Program-made: the position numbers and the translations under genes | Notes under the pieces: model-generated | Databases searched by the model: none | Told to the model about the DNA's origin: nothing | Seen by the model: only the letters and a program-made list of their open reading frames with translations | In this document: piece after piece, positions 52,953 through 63,243 of the stretch | Layout: every line of letters starts with the position of its first letter | Position numbering within the stretch: the stretch's first letter is position 1 | Assembly: GCA_963727805.1 (NCBI GenBank) | Contig: CAVSHF010000003.1 | Span: forward strand, 1,888,001-1,952,000 | Source of the DNA: an uncultured Nitrospiraceae bacterium | Lineage (GTDB): Bacteria; Nitrospirota; Thermodesulfovibrionia; Thermodesulfovibrionales; Dissulfurispiraceae | Length of the DNA stretch: 64,000 nucleotides | Direction: 5' to 3'

Positions 52953-54605
52953 ATGTTACAGTCCTTAAATCCAACAAGAACTGAAAACTGGCGGAAACTG
53001 AGCGACAACTATAAGCAGATCAAGGGCCTGCATATGAAAGAGCTTTTCGCAAAAGACCCCGAGCGCTTTTCCAAATTCTCTCTGCGTTTCCAGGATATCC
53101 TTATCGATTATTCAAAAAACCGTATAACCGAAGAGACGATGCAACTGCTTCTTGGTATCACGCAAGACGTTAATCTCGCTGACTCGATAGAAAAGATGTT
53201 CACCGGAGACAAAATAAACACAACCGAAAACAGAGCGGTCCTCCATATAGCATTGAGAAACCGTGCAAATACGCCCATACTGGTCGACGGCAAGGATGTC
53301 ATGCCCGACGTCAATCGCGTGCTCGACAAGATGAAAGTTTTCTCGGAACGCCTTCATTCGGGAGAGTGGACGGGCTACAACAATCAAAGGATTACAGACA
53401 TCGTTAACATAGGCATCGGAGGCTCCGATCTCGGACCAGTGATGGTAACTGAGTGCCTCAAACCATATGCAAAAGATGGCATGCGCGTGCATTTTGTCTC
53501 GAACATTGACGGTACCCACATTACTGAAACTCTGAAACAACTGCATCCGGAAACGACTCTTTTCATGATAGCGTCAAAAACGTTCACTACTCAGGAGACG
53601 ATGACGAACGCATTTACAGCACGCAAATGGTTCCTCGATCACGCCGGTGATGATCGCCATATTGCAAAGCACTTTGTAGCAATCTCGACAAATGCCGAAA
53701 AAGTGAAGGCATTCGGCATCGATACGGAAAACATGTTCGAGTTCTGGGACTGGGTTGGCGGCCGGTATTCGCTTTGGTCTGCCATCGGACTCTCGATCGC
53801 CTGTTATATCGGCTTCGACAATTTCACTGAATTACTCCAGGGCAGCCACGAGATGGATATTCATTTCCGGAGCGAGGTGTTCGAACGGAATGTCCCGGTC
53901 ATCCTTGCGCTCATCGGTATCTGGTATACAAATTTTTTCGGTGCAGAGACTGAGGTGATCTTGCCATATGACCAATATATGCATCGCTTCCCTGCCTATT
54001 TTCAGCAGGGCAATATGGAGAGCAACGGTAAATCTATTGACCGGGCCGGGAGGCCTGTATCATATCAGACAGGGCCGATCATCTGGGGTGAGCCCGGCAC
54101 AAATGGACAACATGCGTTCTACCAGCTTATCCATCAGGGCACGAAGCTCGTACCTGCAGACTTTCTTGCCCCTGCAATCAGCCACAACCCCATAGGCGAG
54201 CATCATCCGATCTTGCTCTCGAACTTTTTCGCGCAGACCGAGGGGCTCATGATAGGCAAAGGTAAAGAAGAAGTCCTTTCCGATCTTTTCGAGGAGGGTA
54301 AAAACCGGGAAGAGATCAAGCGGCTTTGGCCATATCGCGCCTTCGAAGGAAACAAACCAACGAACTCGATTCTCTTCAAACAACTCACACCACGAACACT
54401 GGGAAGCCTTATTGCCATGTACGAACACAAGATATTTACACAGGGTGTCATATGGAATATATTCAGCTTCGATCAATGGGGCGTCGAACTTGGCAAACAG
54501 CTTGCAAAAAAAATAGTGCTGGAACTGAAACATGATCATTCGGTTTCGTCACACGATTCGTCTACTAACGGGCTGATCAACGCATACAAAGAATTGCGAC
54601 GCTGA
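52953..54605 (+). CDS. pgi: Glucose-6-phosphate isomerase
   Basis: [39 protein letters not shown]. Confidence 0.98.
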   Translation: MLQSLNPTRTENWRKLSDNYKQIKGLHMKELFAKDPERFSKFSLRFQDILIDYSKNRITEETMQLLLGITQDVNLADSIEKMFTGDKINTTENRAVLHIALRNRANTPILVDGKDVMPDVNRVLDKMKVFSERLHSGEWTGYNNQRITDIVNIGIGGSDLGPVMVTECLKPYAKDGMRVHFVSNIDGTHITETLKQLHPETTLFMIASKTFTTQETMTNAFTARKWFLDHAGDDRHIAKHFVAISTNAEKVKAFGIDTENMFEFWDWVGGRYSLWSAIGLSIACYIGFDNFTELLQGSHEMDIHFRSEVFERNVPVILALIGIWYTNFFGAETEVILPYDQYMHRFPAYFQQGNMESNGKSIDRAGRPVSYQTGPIIWGEPGTNGQHAFYQLIHQGTKLVPADFLAPAISHNPIGEHHPILLSNFFAQTEGLMIGKGKEEVLSDLFEEGKNREEIKRLWPYRAFEGNKPTNSILFKQLTPRTLGSLIAMYEHKIFTQGVIWNIFSFDQWGVELGKQLAKKIVLELKHDHSVSSHDSSTNGLINAYKELRR

Positions 54606-54752
54606 ATAATTTTATAGCGCGGCAAGCATTTATATAGTTGTTATAAGCCAGTGTTTAAGAGTGTGTAATTATCCGAAACATCAATTCGACCCGTCCAAGG
54701 CACCAAAGCTGCCTCAAAAATGCGATAACCCAAAGGGAGGTTTTTTCTACAT

Positions 54753-56435
54753 ATGAGCAATGAGCCGAACAAAATAATCTACTCCATGGTGGGGGTGGGG
54801 AAATACTACGACAAGAAACCGGTGCTGAAGGACATCTACCTGTCCTATTTTTACGGAGCCAAAATCGGGGTCCTCGGACTGAACGGATCGGGAAAGAGCT
54901 CACTCCTTCGCATCCTCGCTGGAGTCGACAAAGATTTCGTCGGTGAGACAGTATTGTCACCGGGGCATACGGTCGGGTTCCTTCAACAGGAGCCGAAACT
55001 CGATGAGACTAAAATGGTGCGGGAGATTGTGGAAGAGGGAGTCCAGGAAGTGGTGGATGCTCTTAACGAATATAACAAGATCAACGAGAAGTTCGCAGAA
55101 CCGATGTCTGACGACGAGATGAACAGGCTAATAGAACGCCAGGGAGTGGTCCAGGAAAAACTCGAAGCACTGGATGCATGGACCTTGGACTCGCGGCTCG
55201 AGATGGCGATGGACGCCCTTCGTTGCCCTGCCGGCGATACGCCAGTAAAGGTCCTTTCTGGCGGTGAAAAGAGGCGCGTGGCGCTCTGCCGGCTCTTGCT
55301 CCAGAATCCTGATATCCTTCTGCTCGACGAGCCAACAAACCATCTCGACGCCGAGTCGGTCGCTTGGCTTGAGCACCATCTGCAAAGTTACGCAGGAACG
55401 GTGATCGCAGTCACCCATGACCGTTATTTTCTCGACAATGTTGCTGGATGGATCCTCGAACTCGATCGCGGACAGGGCATCCCCTGGAAGGGGAACTATT
55501 CCTCATGGCTCGAACAGAAAAAGAACCGACTTCAGCAGGAAGAGAAGACCGAGAGCGAACGCCAGAAGACCCTCCAGCGCGAGCTGGAGTGGATCAGCAT
55601 GTCGCCGAGGGCGCGTCACGCAAAGTCCAAGGCCCGCATAAAATCCTACGAACAGCTTCTCTCTCAAGAAGCCGAGAGACGCTCAAAAGACCTCGAAATA
55701 TATATCCCGCCAGGACCTCGCCTTGGGGATGTGGTTATCGAGGCAACGGGGGTGAGCAAGTCTTACGGTGATCGCATTCTTTTCGAGGACATGACCTTTT
55801 CGCTTCCGCCCGGCGGGATCGTCGGCGTCATCGGCCCGAACGGTGCAGGTAAGACGACCCTCTTTCGGATGATCACCGGCCAGGAAACACCGGACGTGGG
55901 AACAATAAGAGAAGGCGAGACAGTAAAGCTCGCGTATGTCGACCAGAGCCGCGATGTTCTCGATCCCGAAAAGACCGTATGGGAAACGATTTCGGGCGGT
56001 GAGGACATGATTGCCCTCGGCAAGAGAGAAGTGAATTCACGCGCCTATGTCGCCAGGTTCAATTTCTCTGGATCCGATCAGCAGAAGAAGCTCGGAATGC
56101 TCTCTGGCGGTGAGCGCAATCGTGTTCATCTTGCACGCATGTTGAAGGAGGGAGCGAATGTGCTTCTCCTCGATGAGCCGACCAATGACCTCGACGTGAA
56201 TACCATGCGTGCGCTCGAAGAAGCACTCGAAAACTTTGCCGGCTGTGCGGTGGTAATTAGCCATGACCGCTGGTTTCTTGACCGTATAGCCACACATATG
56301 CTCGCATTCGAGGGTGACAGCAAGGTTTATTGGTACGATGGAAACTACTCGGAATATGAAGCCGACAAAAAAGCTCGCCTCGGCGCCGACGCAGAGCAGC
56401 CTCACAGGATTAAGTATCGTCAGCTCACGAGGTAA
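54753..56435 (+). CDS. ettA: Energy-dependent translational throttle A (ABC-F)
   Basis: [40 protein letters not shown]; two ABC domains. Confidence 0.96.
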   Translation: MSNEPNKIIYSMVGVGKYYDKKPVLKDIYLSYFYGAKIGVLGLNGSGKSSLLRILAGVDKDFVGETVLSPGHTVGFLQQEPKLDETKMVREIVEEGVQEVVDALNEYNKINEKFAEPMSDDEMNRLIERQGVVQEKLEALDAWTLDSRLEMAMDALRCPAGDTPVKVLSGGEKRRVALCRLLLQNPDILLLDEPTNHLDAESVAWLEHHLQSYAGTVIAVTHDRYFLDNVAGWILELDRGQGIPWKGNYSSWLEQKKNRLQQEEKTESERQKTLQRELEWISMSPRARHAKSKARIKSYEQLLSQEAERRSKDLEIYIPPGPRLGDVVIEATGVSKSYGDRILFEDMTFSLPPGGIVGVIGPNGAGKTTLFRMITGQETPDVGTIREGETVKLAYVDQSRDVLDPEKTVWETISGGEDMIALGKREVNSRAYVARFNFSGSDQQKKLGMLSGGERNRVHLARMLKEGANVLLLDEPTNDLDVNTMRALEEALENFAGCAVVISHDRWFLDRIATHMLAFEGDSKVYWYDGNYSEYEADKKARLGADAEQPHRIKYRQLTR

Positions 56436-56501
56436 CACGACTAATTACCGAGCGTGTATGACTCAATTCCGCCTCGAGCAGTTGGCGGATCGGCCGCAAT
56501 G

Positions 56502-56534
56502 AAAAAGGGCAGATGCCTTAGCATCTGCCCTTTT
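56502..56534. terminator. Bidirectional rho-independent terminator
   Basis: AAAAAGGGCAGATGC-CTTA-GCATCTGCCCTTTT between convergent genes. Confidence 0.9.
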
Positions 56535-56559
56535 ATCTGTGAAAACAAGAATTCAAAAA

Positions 56560-56904
56560 CTATTTCGTTGCGGGTTCAGCCTTCTTCTCGGCTGCTTCCT
56601 TCTTGTCGCCAGCCTTCTTCTCGGCTGCTTCCTTCTTCTCACCAGCCTTCTTGGCTGCTGCCTTCTTTTCGGCCTTTGCCTTCTTGGCTGCTGCCTTCTT
56701 TTCAGCTGCTGCCTTCTTGTCGGCTGCCTTCTTTTCGGCTGCTGCCTTCTTGTCGGCTGCTGCCTGATCGTCAGCTGCCTTCTTGTCGGTTGCCTTCTGT
56801 TCTACCGTTGGAGCCTTCGTGTCCATAGCCTTGTCGGCTGCGAAAACTGCGGTTACGGAAAGAGCGAACAGCAAACATACCATCAGTGCTATTACTTTCT
56901 TCAT
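56560..56904 (-). CDS. Secreted Lys/Ala-rich low-complexity repeat protein (Asr-like)
   Basis: SD GGAGG; Sec signal ending VFA; (D/E)KKAA(A) repeats. Confidence 0.85.
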   Translation of the reverse strand: MKKVIALMVCLLFALSVTAVFAADKAMDTKAPTVEQKATDKKAADDQAAADKKAAAEKKAADKKAAAEKKAAAKKAKAEKKAAAKKAGEKKEAAEKKAGDKKEAAEKKAEPATK

Positions 56905-56956
56905 TCAATTCACCTCCCTTTATTTGTGGTTTAATACATCAATTGTTGATAATATT

Positions 56957-57072
56957 AGCAACTTACGTGCCATACCCCATAAAGGTCAAAATAGATTATT
57001 TAATAAAGATAATTCTCAAGCACAGAGCAAAAGGAAGACCCTCTTTTGGGGAGGAATATCCTCTTTTGGGGA
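56957..57072 (-). promoter_or_regulatory. Sigma-54 promoter and tandem UAS-like boxes
   Basis: TGGCACGTAAGTTGCT (56972-56957), full consensus match; CCTCTTTTGGGGA at 57040 and 57060. Confidence 0.8.
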
Positions 57073-57104
57073 TATTCCCATTAAACGCTGAAGACACAAC
57101 AGCT

Positions 57105-57437
57105 CTATTTGCCGAGTCGCTTGTTAATCAGGTCCTTTAGAGCGTCTTTTGACTGCCCGCCAACTGTTCGATCTGCTTCTTTGCCATCGAGATAAATAAT
57201 AACCGTGGGCGTGCCGCTAACCTTGCATTGAACGGCAACTGACGTCTGTTCATCACAATTCAGCTTTGCAAATCGCGCCTTACCCGCCATCTCTGCCGCC
57301 ACTTCTTCGTAGATCGGGGAAAATATTTTGCAATGTCCGCACCACGGCGCCCAAAAATAGACGAGCATAATCCCGCCGATCTTCTCCACTTCGGACATCC
57401 ATGTATCGGCCTTTAGTTCAACGATAATATTAGCCAT
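57105..57437 (-). CDS. Thioredoxin
   Basis: FWAPWCGHCK, KLNCDE, GTPT; start at 57437 after SD AGAGGA. Confidence 0.9.
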   Translation of the reverse strand: MANIIVELKADTWMSEVEKIGGIMLVYFWAPWCGHCKIFSPIYEEVAAEMAGKARFAKLNCDEQTSVAVQCKVSGTPTVIIYLDGKEADRTVGGQSKDALKDLINKRLGK

Positions 57438-57671
57438 GGGAACCATCCTCTTTGATAATTATTTATACCTTTTTTCCATTGCCATTGATAACAGAATGCA
57501 GAGTAAAATATATTACACCAAGAAAGAATGCTGCATCAAGCTATTGGGAGTTACAAGTTCAATTGGAGCAGACGACATGCCGCATGTCTATTTAAATTGT
57601 ATGTACCCTTCCTGTTCGCTGTACGGTTTCTTAGGAACAACCGAACTGACACAGTGTGTTATAATTATTTC

Positions 57672-58040
57672 ATGAGGAAGATTATCATAATCCTGCTATT
57701 ATTCCCCACAGTCGCACTGGCGCAACCGACAATAATATTTGACACTGAAACCCATGATTTCGGGATAGTACGGGGTGACGAACCTCTCAAACATACCTTT
57801 GAGGTCTGGAATAAGGGGACAGAAGACCTGATTATTAAGAGGCTTGACGCACCCTGAGGATGTACTGCCGCAATGGCTAGTTCGAGTCAGATCAAACCCG
57901 GAGAAATAGGAAGCATAACTGTAACGGTGAATGTGCAACAGTACATCGGCAAGGTTACAAAGGAGATTGCGGTCTATAGTAATGACCCAGGAAAGCCGCG
58001 GGTGAACCTGCTGCTCAAGGCTGAAATTAGGAGCAATTGA
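57672..58040 (+). CDS. DUF1573 (Ig-like) exported protein with in-frame TGA at codon 62; candidate selenoprotein
   Basis: Signal peptide, HDFG, HTFEVWNKG..LII..LDAP-TGA-GCT, IKPGE.G.I.V, VYSNDP; frame stays open for 60 sense codons after the TGA. Confidence 0.8.
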
Positions 58041-58234
58041 TTCCCCTCAAACAGATAGCCACATCCGGACCATGCCGGAGCATATATTAGCCCAGATGAT
58101 TTTAGATAATGTTGTTTTATAGAGATTTTGTGAATAATTTCGGGGATGGCAATCTACCCAGCGAGGTTATATTTATATATCGAACATTTGATCCAGTCGA
58201 CATGTACGCACACGAAATAAAGAATACTGCAGTA

Positions 58235-58513
58235 CTACCTGATAATCCTGAGCCCCGCTTTATTATCCCCAACCCAGACCACTTTTGCCTCTACAGCGGG
58301 ACGAATAATGTTCACTGTGTTCCCCATACTAAGCCGTGCACTCGTAGCGATGCCAAAGCCGCTTTCGCTCATATCGACTATTTTGCAGCTCCATGTGTTT
58401 CCCCTTAGATCTGCAAATTCCGTCACTACCGCGCAGTCGAGTCTCGGCCGGCGTCTTTTTTCGCAATAAGTGTCCTCCTGTGGCTTCTTGAAAAAACGAT
58501 CCCACACTCCCAT
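58235..58513 (-). CDS. Short PilZ domain protein
   Basis: RRRPR and DMSESG; EAKVVW..AGL. Confidence 0.85.
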   Translation of the reverse strand: MGVWDRFFKKPQEDTYCEKRRRPRLDCAVVTEFADLRGNTWSCKIVDMSESGFGIATSARLSMGNTVNIIRPAVEAKVVWVGDNKAGLRIIR

Positions 58514-58524
58514 ATTGATATATT

Positions 58525-58540
58525 AGCATATTTTGCGCCT
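58525..58540 (-). promoter_or_regulatory. Putative sigma-54 promoter of the PilZ gene
   Basis: AGGCGCAAAATATGCT with GG-N10-GC spacing. Confidence 0.45.
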
Positions 58541-59433
58541 GAAATAAATAATAATTCATATTATTGATACACTTATTCATTCTTTCCTGAAGCCTGCTAA
58601 TAGTAAAAATAATCGACATACAGTCTTTTAAATACCGCCAGAGGTAGTAAATAAAATTAAATAAACACACTAATTTGTTTCTAGCTAGTAGCTTTATGGT
58701 ACTGAAAAACTACATATTGTGTAAACAAAATCTAGGACATCAATGAAGTGATTATATTTAATAATCAATAACATAACCCCATCGATCAGCAGTAATTCAT
58801 GTTTTATTTCTGTGATGGTTGTCACCAATTCTTAATATTGTCTACTTCGATGCTAATTTTATAGCAGATAACAACAAATTACTGGTATACTAATAAAAAA
58901 TGGGCTATCATAAATTAAGGTTATTGTGGGGATTTTAATTATTTTGAGTATTGGCGAGCATGTTAATAAAAGCACATACAGAAACTCCAGGATAAGCCGT
59001 CCATTTGGCTGTTCGCTTTCATCCGCTAAAGTGATAGCTATATTTATCGATAATTACCTTAGAGACTTCTGAAATCTAAGTATGGTCCGGATAGGAATAT
59101 TTCCTCATTTCTCCCCTATATCGGATTTCGACGCTGATGTGCCATTTATGATTTGCAACACTTGGACCTTCTCGGTTATCACTACTGTAACTGAGAGGGC
59201 GGAGCAGTATTCTTTAATCAATGTGTACGCCTCGTAAGGAGTTGTAGCTATAGTGAAGGCCCTAGTCATCATAAGCGGTTTTTTGTTGATATTCTCCTGT
59301 GCAGGCAGCGAAAAAAGATGAACTGCTCTCCAAAAGAGCTTGAACTCATACGTGAACACAATCTGTCTGGCGCTGTCGTTCTTTTTAAGAACGCCATTAA
59401 TGAACTTAACCATGCGAAAATGTAAATAACGAG

Positions 59434-60801
59434 ATGGCACAAAAAATTGCCTTATTGGTTTTGGGAGACGTTTTGATATCGATCCTGGCGCTTTGTGTCG
59501 TTTTCCAATATATCGCATCCCAATTTGAGAGTGCCAGGGGGATGCCATTTCCAGGAATCCTGGAGAGTATTGTTTTTGTCTCCGTAACACTTTTTTCCTC
59601 ATATTTCCTAGAGCTGTACAGTCGGAAAAAAGTCTTTAGATTTAATTTGAAAGAGATGCCTGCCATTATCCTTCTTGCCATTGCAGTTTCCTTCTTTGTA
59701 TTGACGTCTATTTTCTTTATGTTCCCTTCCATAGCACTCGGACGACGCGCATTGCTCCTGTCCCTAGGCATCTACGGGCTATTGCAGTGCGCATGGCACA
59801 TCTCATATAAATCCTTTCTAAATCTGTCGGGAATGAAGCAAAAGGTCCTTATACTCGGGATTGGCGACCTCGCGAGAAAGATGGAACAGATCATGTTCTT
59901 GCATAAGACACAGTATGCCTTTGCCGGATACTATGACTTGTCATCGCAAATTTTACAGGATAGCACGTCCCCATTAGAGGCCACATGCGGAAGTCTTGTG
60001 GAGACCGCTAAAAGAGAGAAGATAGATAAGCTTGTGGTAGCCGTTACGGAACGAAGGGGAGTATTACCTCTCAAGGAACTCCTGAACTGTAAGTTTGCCG
60101 GTGTTGATATTGTCGATGCGCCATCTTTTTATGAAGAGGTCATGGGTAAAATGCTTCTGGAAAGCATTGCACCGGGCTGGTTCATATTCGCAGATGGGTT
60201 CAAACTGAATCAAACAATAAAATTCTTCAAGCGGCTCTCCGACATCTTTTTGGCCTCTGTCGGCCTCATACTCACTGCCCCTTTGTTTCCACTTGTTGCA
60301 CTGCTGATCAAGATCGATTCTAAAGGTCCTGTCTTTTACCGTCAGTTGCGGGTTGGAGAGGGGGAAATTAATTTTATGCTCATTAAATTCAGAACGATGA
60401 AGCAAAACGCGGAAACGCAAAGCGGTGCTGTCTGGGCCCAAAAGCATGACACGAGGGTAACTAGAATAGGGAGCATCCTCAGAAAGGTGCGCTTGGATGA
60501 ACTTCCGCAGTTTATTAATGTGTTGAAAGGTGAAATGAGTTTCATCGGTCCGCGCCCGGAAAGGCCTGAGTTTGTTGAAAAGCTTCAACGAACGATACCA
60601 TATTACATCCATAGGCATTTCGTTAAACCTGGCATTACCGGTTGGGCCCAAATAAAGTATAGGTATGGCGCCTCCGAGGAGGATTCTCTCGAAAAACTCC
60701 GTTATGATTTATACTATATTAAGAATCTCTCACTGTTGCTGGATACGTCGATCACAATAGATACGATTAAAGTCGTTCTCTTCGGAAAAGGAGCGCGATA
60801 A
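59434..60801 (+). CDS. Priming sugar-phosphate transferase (TIGR03013 PEP-CTERM/XrtA-type)
   Basis: N-terminal TMs; ERRGVLP; KR..DI; KFRTM; RLDELPQF; GPRPERP; KPGITGWAQ. Confidence 0.92.
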   Translation: MAQKIALLVLGDVLISILALCVVFQYIASQFESARGMPFPGILESIVFVSVTLFSSYFLELYSRKKVFRFNLKEMPAIILLAIAVSFFVLTSIFFMFPSIALGRRALLLSLGIYGLLQCAWHISYKSFLNLSGMKQKVLILGIGDLARKMEQIMFLHKTQYAFAGYYDLSSQILQDSTSPLEATCGSLVETAKREKIDKLVVAVTERRGVLPLKELLNCKFAGVDIVDAPSFYEEVMGKMLLESIAPGWFIFADGFKLNQTIKFFKRLSDIFLASVGLILTAPLFPLVALLIKIDSKGPVFYRQLRVGEGEINFMLIKFRTMKQNAETQSGAVWAQKHDTRVTRIGSILRKVRLDELPQFINVLKGEMSFIGPRPERPEFVEKLQRTIPYYIHRHFVKPGITGWAQIKYRYGASEEDSLEKLRYDLYYIKNLSLLLDTSITIDTIKVVLFGKGAR

Positions 60802-60810
60802 GGAGGAAAA

Positions 60811-61641
60811 GTGAAAACACGGCTTTTGTTGACAATGATAATTCTGCTTGGATTGCTTGGCACAGCCTATGGTGAAAGCTATGTGATAGGGCCAGAAGAT
60901 ATGCTTCAGATCAACGTCTGGGGCAATTCTGAATTGAGTGTCAGCATCCCTGTCAGGCCGGACGGCATGATCTCAGTACCCTTGGTTGGCGATGTGAAGG
61001 CAGACGGTCTTACGCCTGACCAGCTTAAGGAGTTTCTGGAGAAGGAGTATATGAAGTTCATCAAGGCCCCTAACGTAAGCGTCGTGGTAACTGCTATAAA
61101 CAGCTTCAAAGTCTATATCGTAGGCGGTGGAATATCAACCGGCGACAAAGGCGGCGGAGTATCATCGGGTATGATAACCCTCCGGAGAAGCACCACACTC
61201 CTGCAGCTCCTAGCCCAGATCGGGTCTCTCCAGGATGCTGATCTGAAAAGTGCCTATCTTTTGAGGGCTGGGAAGAAAATGCCGGTCAACTTTATGAAGC
61301 TGATCGAAAATGGTGATGTAACGCAGGACATCGATCTCAAGCGAGATGATGTCGTTTTCATTCCGCCCGATCTTGAAAACCGCATCAAGGTGGTCGGCGC
61401 AGTAAAGACCCCGGGGATGTTCCATTATATAAAGGGCATGACCGCTCTTGATGCTGTATTGAGCGCCGGAGGGTTCACAGAATTCGCTAGCCAGAATAGT
61501 GTCATAATCATCAGGCAGGAAGGCAGTGAAGTCAAGCATATCGCAGTAAAATTAAAGGACGTCATTAAAGGCGGCGATATGAGTCAGAACGTTCCACTAA
61601 AGCCCGGAGACATGGTAAACGTTAAATCGGGTATATTTTGA
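60811..61641 (+). CDS. Polysaccharide export protein (Wza/SLBB)
   Basis: YVIGPED, VRPDGMISVPLVG, SLBB domains. Confidence 0.9.
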   Translation: MKTRLLLTMIILLGLLGTAYGESYVIGPEDMLQINVWGNSELSVSIPVRPDGMISVPLVGDVKADGLTPDQLKEFLEKEYMKFIKAPNVSVVVTAINSFKVYIVGGGISTGDKGGGVSSGMITLRRSTTLLQLLAQIGSLQDADLKSAYLLRAGKKMPVNFMKLIENGDVTQDIDLKRDDVVFIPPDLENRIKVVGAVKTPGMFHYIKGMTALDAVLSAGGFTEFASQNSVIIIRQEGSEVKHIAVKLKDVIKGGDMSQNVPLKPGDMVNVKSGIF

Positions 61642-61660
61642 TAGATTGTGAGGGGGAGTC

Positions 61661-63232
61661 ATGTCGGAAAGTAGCCTGAATACTTTTGATATAAAGCGTT
61701 ATTGGGGACTCATCTTGCAGCGGAGATATCTGGCCCTATCAGTAGCCTTGACGGTTTTGTCCCTGTGCACGCTGGCCAGTTTTATTTTGCCCAAAGTCTA
61801 TGAAGCGACTTCTACGATTTTTATTCAAAGAAGCACGCTCATCAATCCTCTCATCAAGGGAATTGGGGTTACGAGCAATTCGGAGGAGGGACTCAGGACA
61901 CTTAGGGACAGCATAACCAGCAGAAACATAATCAGCCGAGTGATTGAAAAGCTCAATCTGGACGCAGGTGACGTAAAATCGCAAAAGCACGAAGGGCTTG
62001 TCAGCGCCATAAAGAATAATATTTCGATTACTGTTAAAGGTGGGGGGGGCAGTCAAGGAGCTGATCTCTTCATAATATCGTACCGCGGGTCCGATCCGAA
62101 GAAAGTCAGGGACATCGTTAACACACTTGTGGAAGAGTATATCGCCGAAGCTCTTGGCTACAGAAGGTCCGATGCCTCCGGGGCCTTTGAATTTGTCCAA
62201 AACCAACTTGCTGAGTATAAGACCAAGCTTGAGGAATCAGATAAGGATATCCGGGCATTCAGAGAGAGGAATCCGGACATAGTGCCGCAGACCGAAGGTG
62301 CGGTTCTTACGCGGATGGAGGCCTTTCAGACCCAGAAGATCGATGCGGATATCAAGGTCCAGGAGTTAATGCGCAGGAGGGACAACCTGAAAAAGCAATT
62401 AACTGGAGAGAAGGAACTCACTGTTGCTTTTGTGACCCGTGAGGGATCGCCCGAAGCTCGCCTATCCTATCTGAACAGTCAGCTAGTCCTTCTGACAACC
62501 AAATATACGGACCAGCATCCCGAGATACGTAAAACAAAAGCAGAGATAGAAGAGCTAAAGAAACAGATATCACATGCTAAATCAGCCCCTGCCGATACCG
62601 GGAGTTCTGAAACATCAACCCTCAACCCTATATACCAGCAATTAAAAGAGGACCTTGCGAGAACCGATGCGGAAATTGATTCACTTAAGGCCCGTTCCTC
62701 TGAACTGTTGCACCAACAGCAACAGGCCAAAAGTGTCTTGGGTGGCATGCCGAAGGAACAGGAAGAATGGACTAAGCTTCAAAGGGACAGAACTGTCTAT
62801 CAACATATCTACGACGATTTGCTGAATAAGGTCGAGACTGCTCGTGTCTCCAAAGATCTGGAGTTCACTGACAAGGCCACTACATTCAAAGTCGTCGACC
62901 CCGCAGTGCTGCCCGTTTTTCCTGTCCAGCCCGATAGGATCAAGTTCATACTAGTTGGAATATTTCTGGGTATCGCTGCCGGTGTAGGGACCGTCCTCAG
63001 CATAGATTATCTAAATCATTCCTTTAAGGACGAGGATTCCATCGAAAAGAGTCTCAACTTACCCGTACTCGTGGCAATACCCTCGGTGGTTATTGAAGGG
63101 GATACCATGGCGGTGAGGCAGCTCGATAAAAAGGTGATGATTGCCGCATCCGTATATTTAGGCATTATCCTTTTGCTGCTAGTGAAAGAAGTGTTGTACA
63201 AATATGTTGGCGTCACAATTATCGGTCTTTAG
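61661..63232 (+). CDS. Polysaccharide chain-length determinant (Wzz/Wzc N-terminal)
   Basis: TM - coiled coil - TM; YTDQHP; FKVVDP. Confidence 0.9.
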   Translation: MSESSLNTFDIKRYWGLILQRRYLALSVALTVLSLCTLASFILPKVYEATSTIFIQRSTLINPLIKGIGVTSNSEEGLRTLRDSITSRNIISRVIEKLNLDAGDVKSQKHEGLVSAIKNNISITVKGGGGSQGADLFIISYRGSDPKKVRDIVNTLVEEYIAEALGYRRSDASGAFEFVQNQLAEYKTKLEESDKDIRAFRERNPDIVPQTEGAVLTRMEAFQTQKIDADIKVQELMRRRDNLKKQLTGEKELTVAFVTREGSPEARLSYLNSQLVLLTTKYTDQHPEIRKTKAEIEELKKQISHAKSAPADTGSSETSTLNPIYQQLKEDLARTDAEIDSLKARSSELLHQQQQAKSVLGGMPKEQEEWTKLQRDRTVYQHIYDDLLNKVETARVSKDLEFTDKATTFKVVDPAVLPVFPVQPDRIKFILVGIFLGIAAGVGTVLSIDYLNHSFKDEDSIEKSLNLPVLVAIPSVVIEGDTMAVRQLDKKVMIAASVYLGIILLLLVKEVLYKYVGVTIIGL

Positions 63233-63243
63233 GGAGGCAAGAA

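Noticed and set aside
56539..56934. Cys/Leu-rich repeat ORF on the + strand (and 56454-56828)
   Set aside because: Antisense shadow of the KKAA repeat gene, which has the SD, signal peptide and promoter
59435..59451. TGGCACAAAAAATTGC as a sigma-54 promoter
   Set aside because: GG-to-GC spacing is 11 rather than 10, and it lies within the start of the coding sequence
59105..59602. 165-aa minus-strand ORF
   Set aside because: Overlaps the sugar transferase; a shorter start at 59413 leaves only 20 bp to the divergent gene; no recognisable motif
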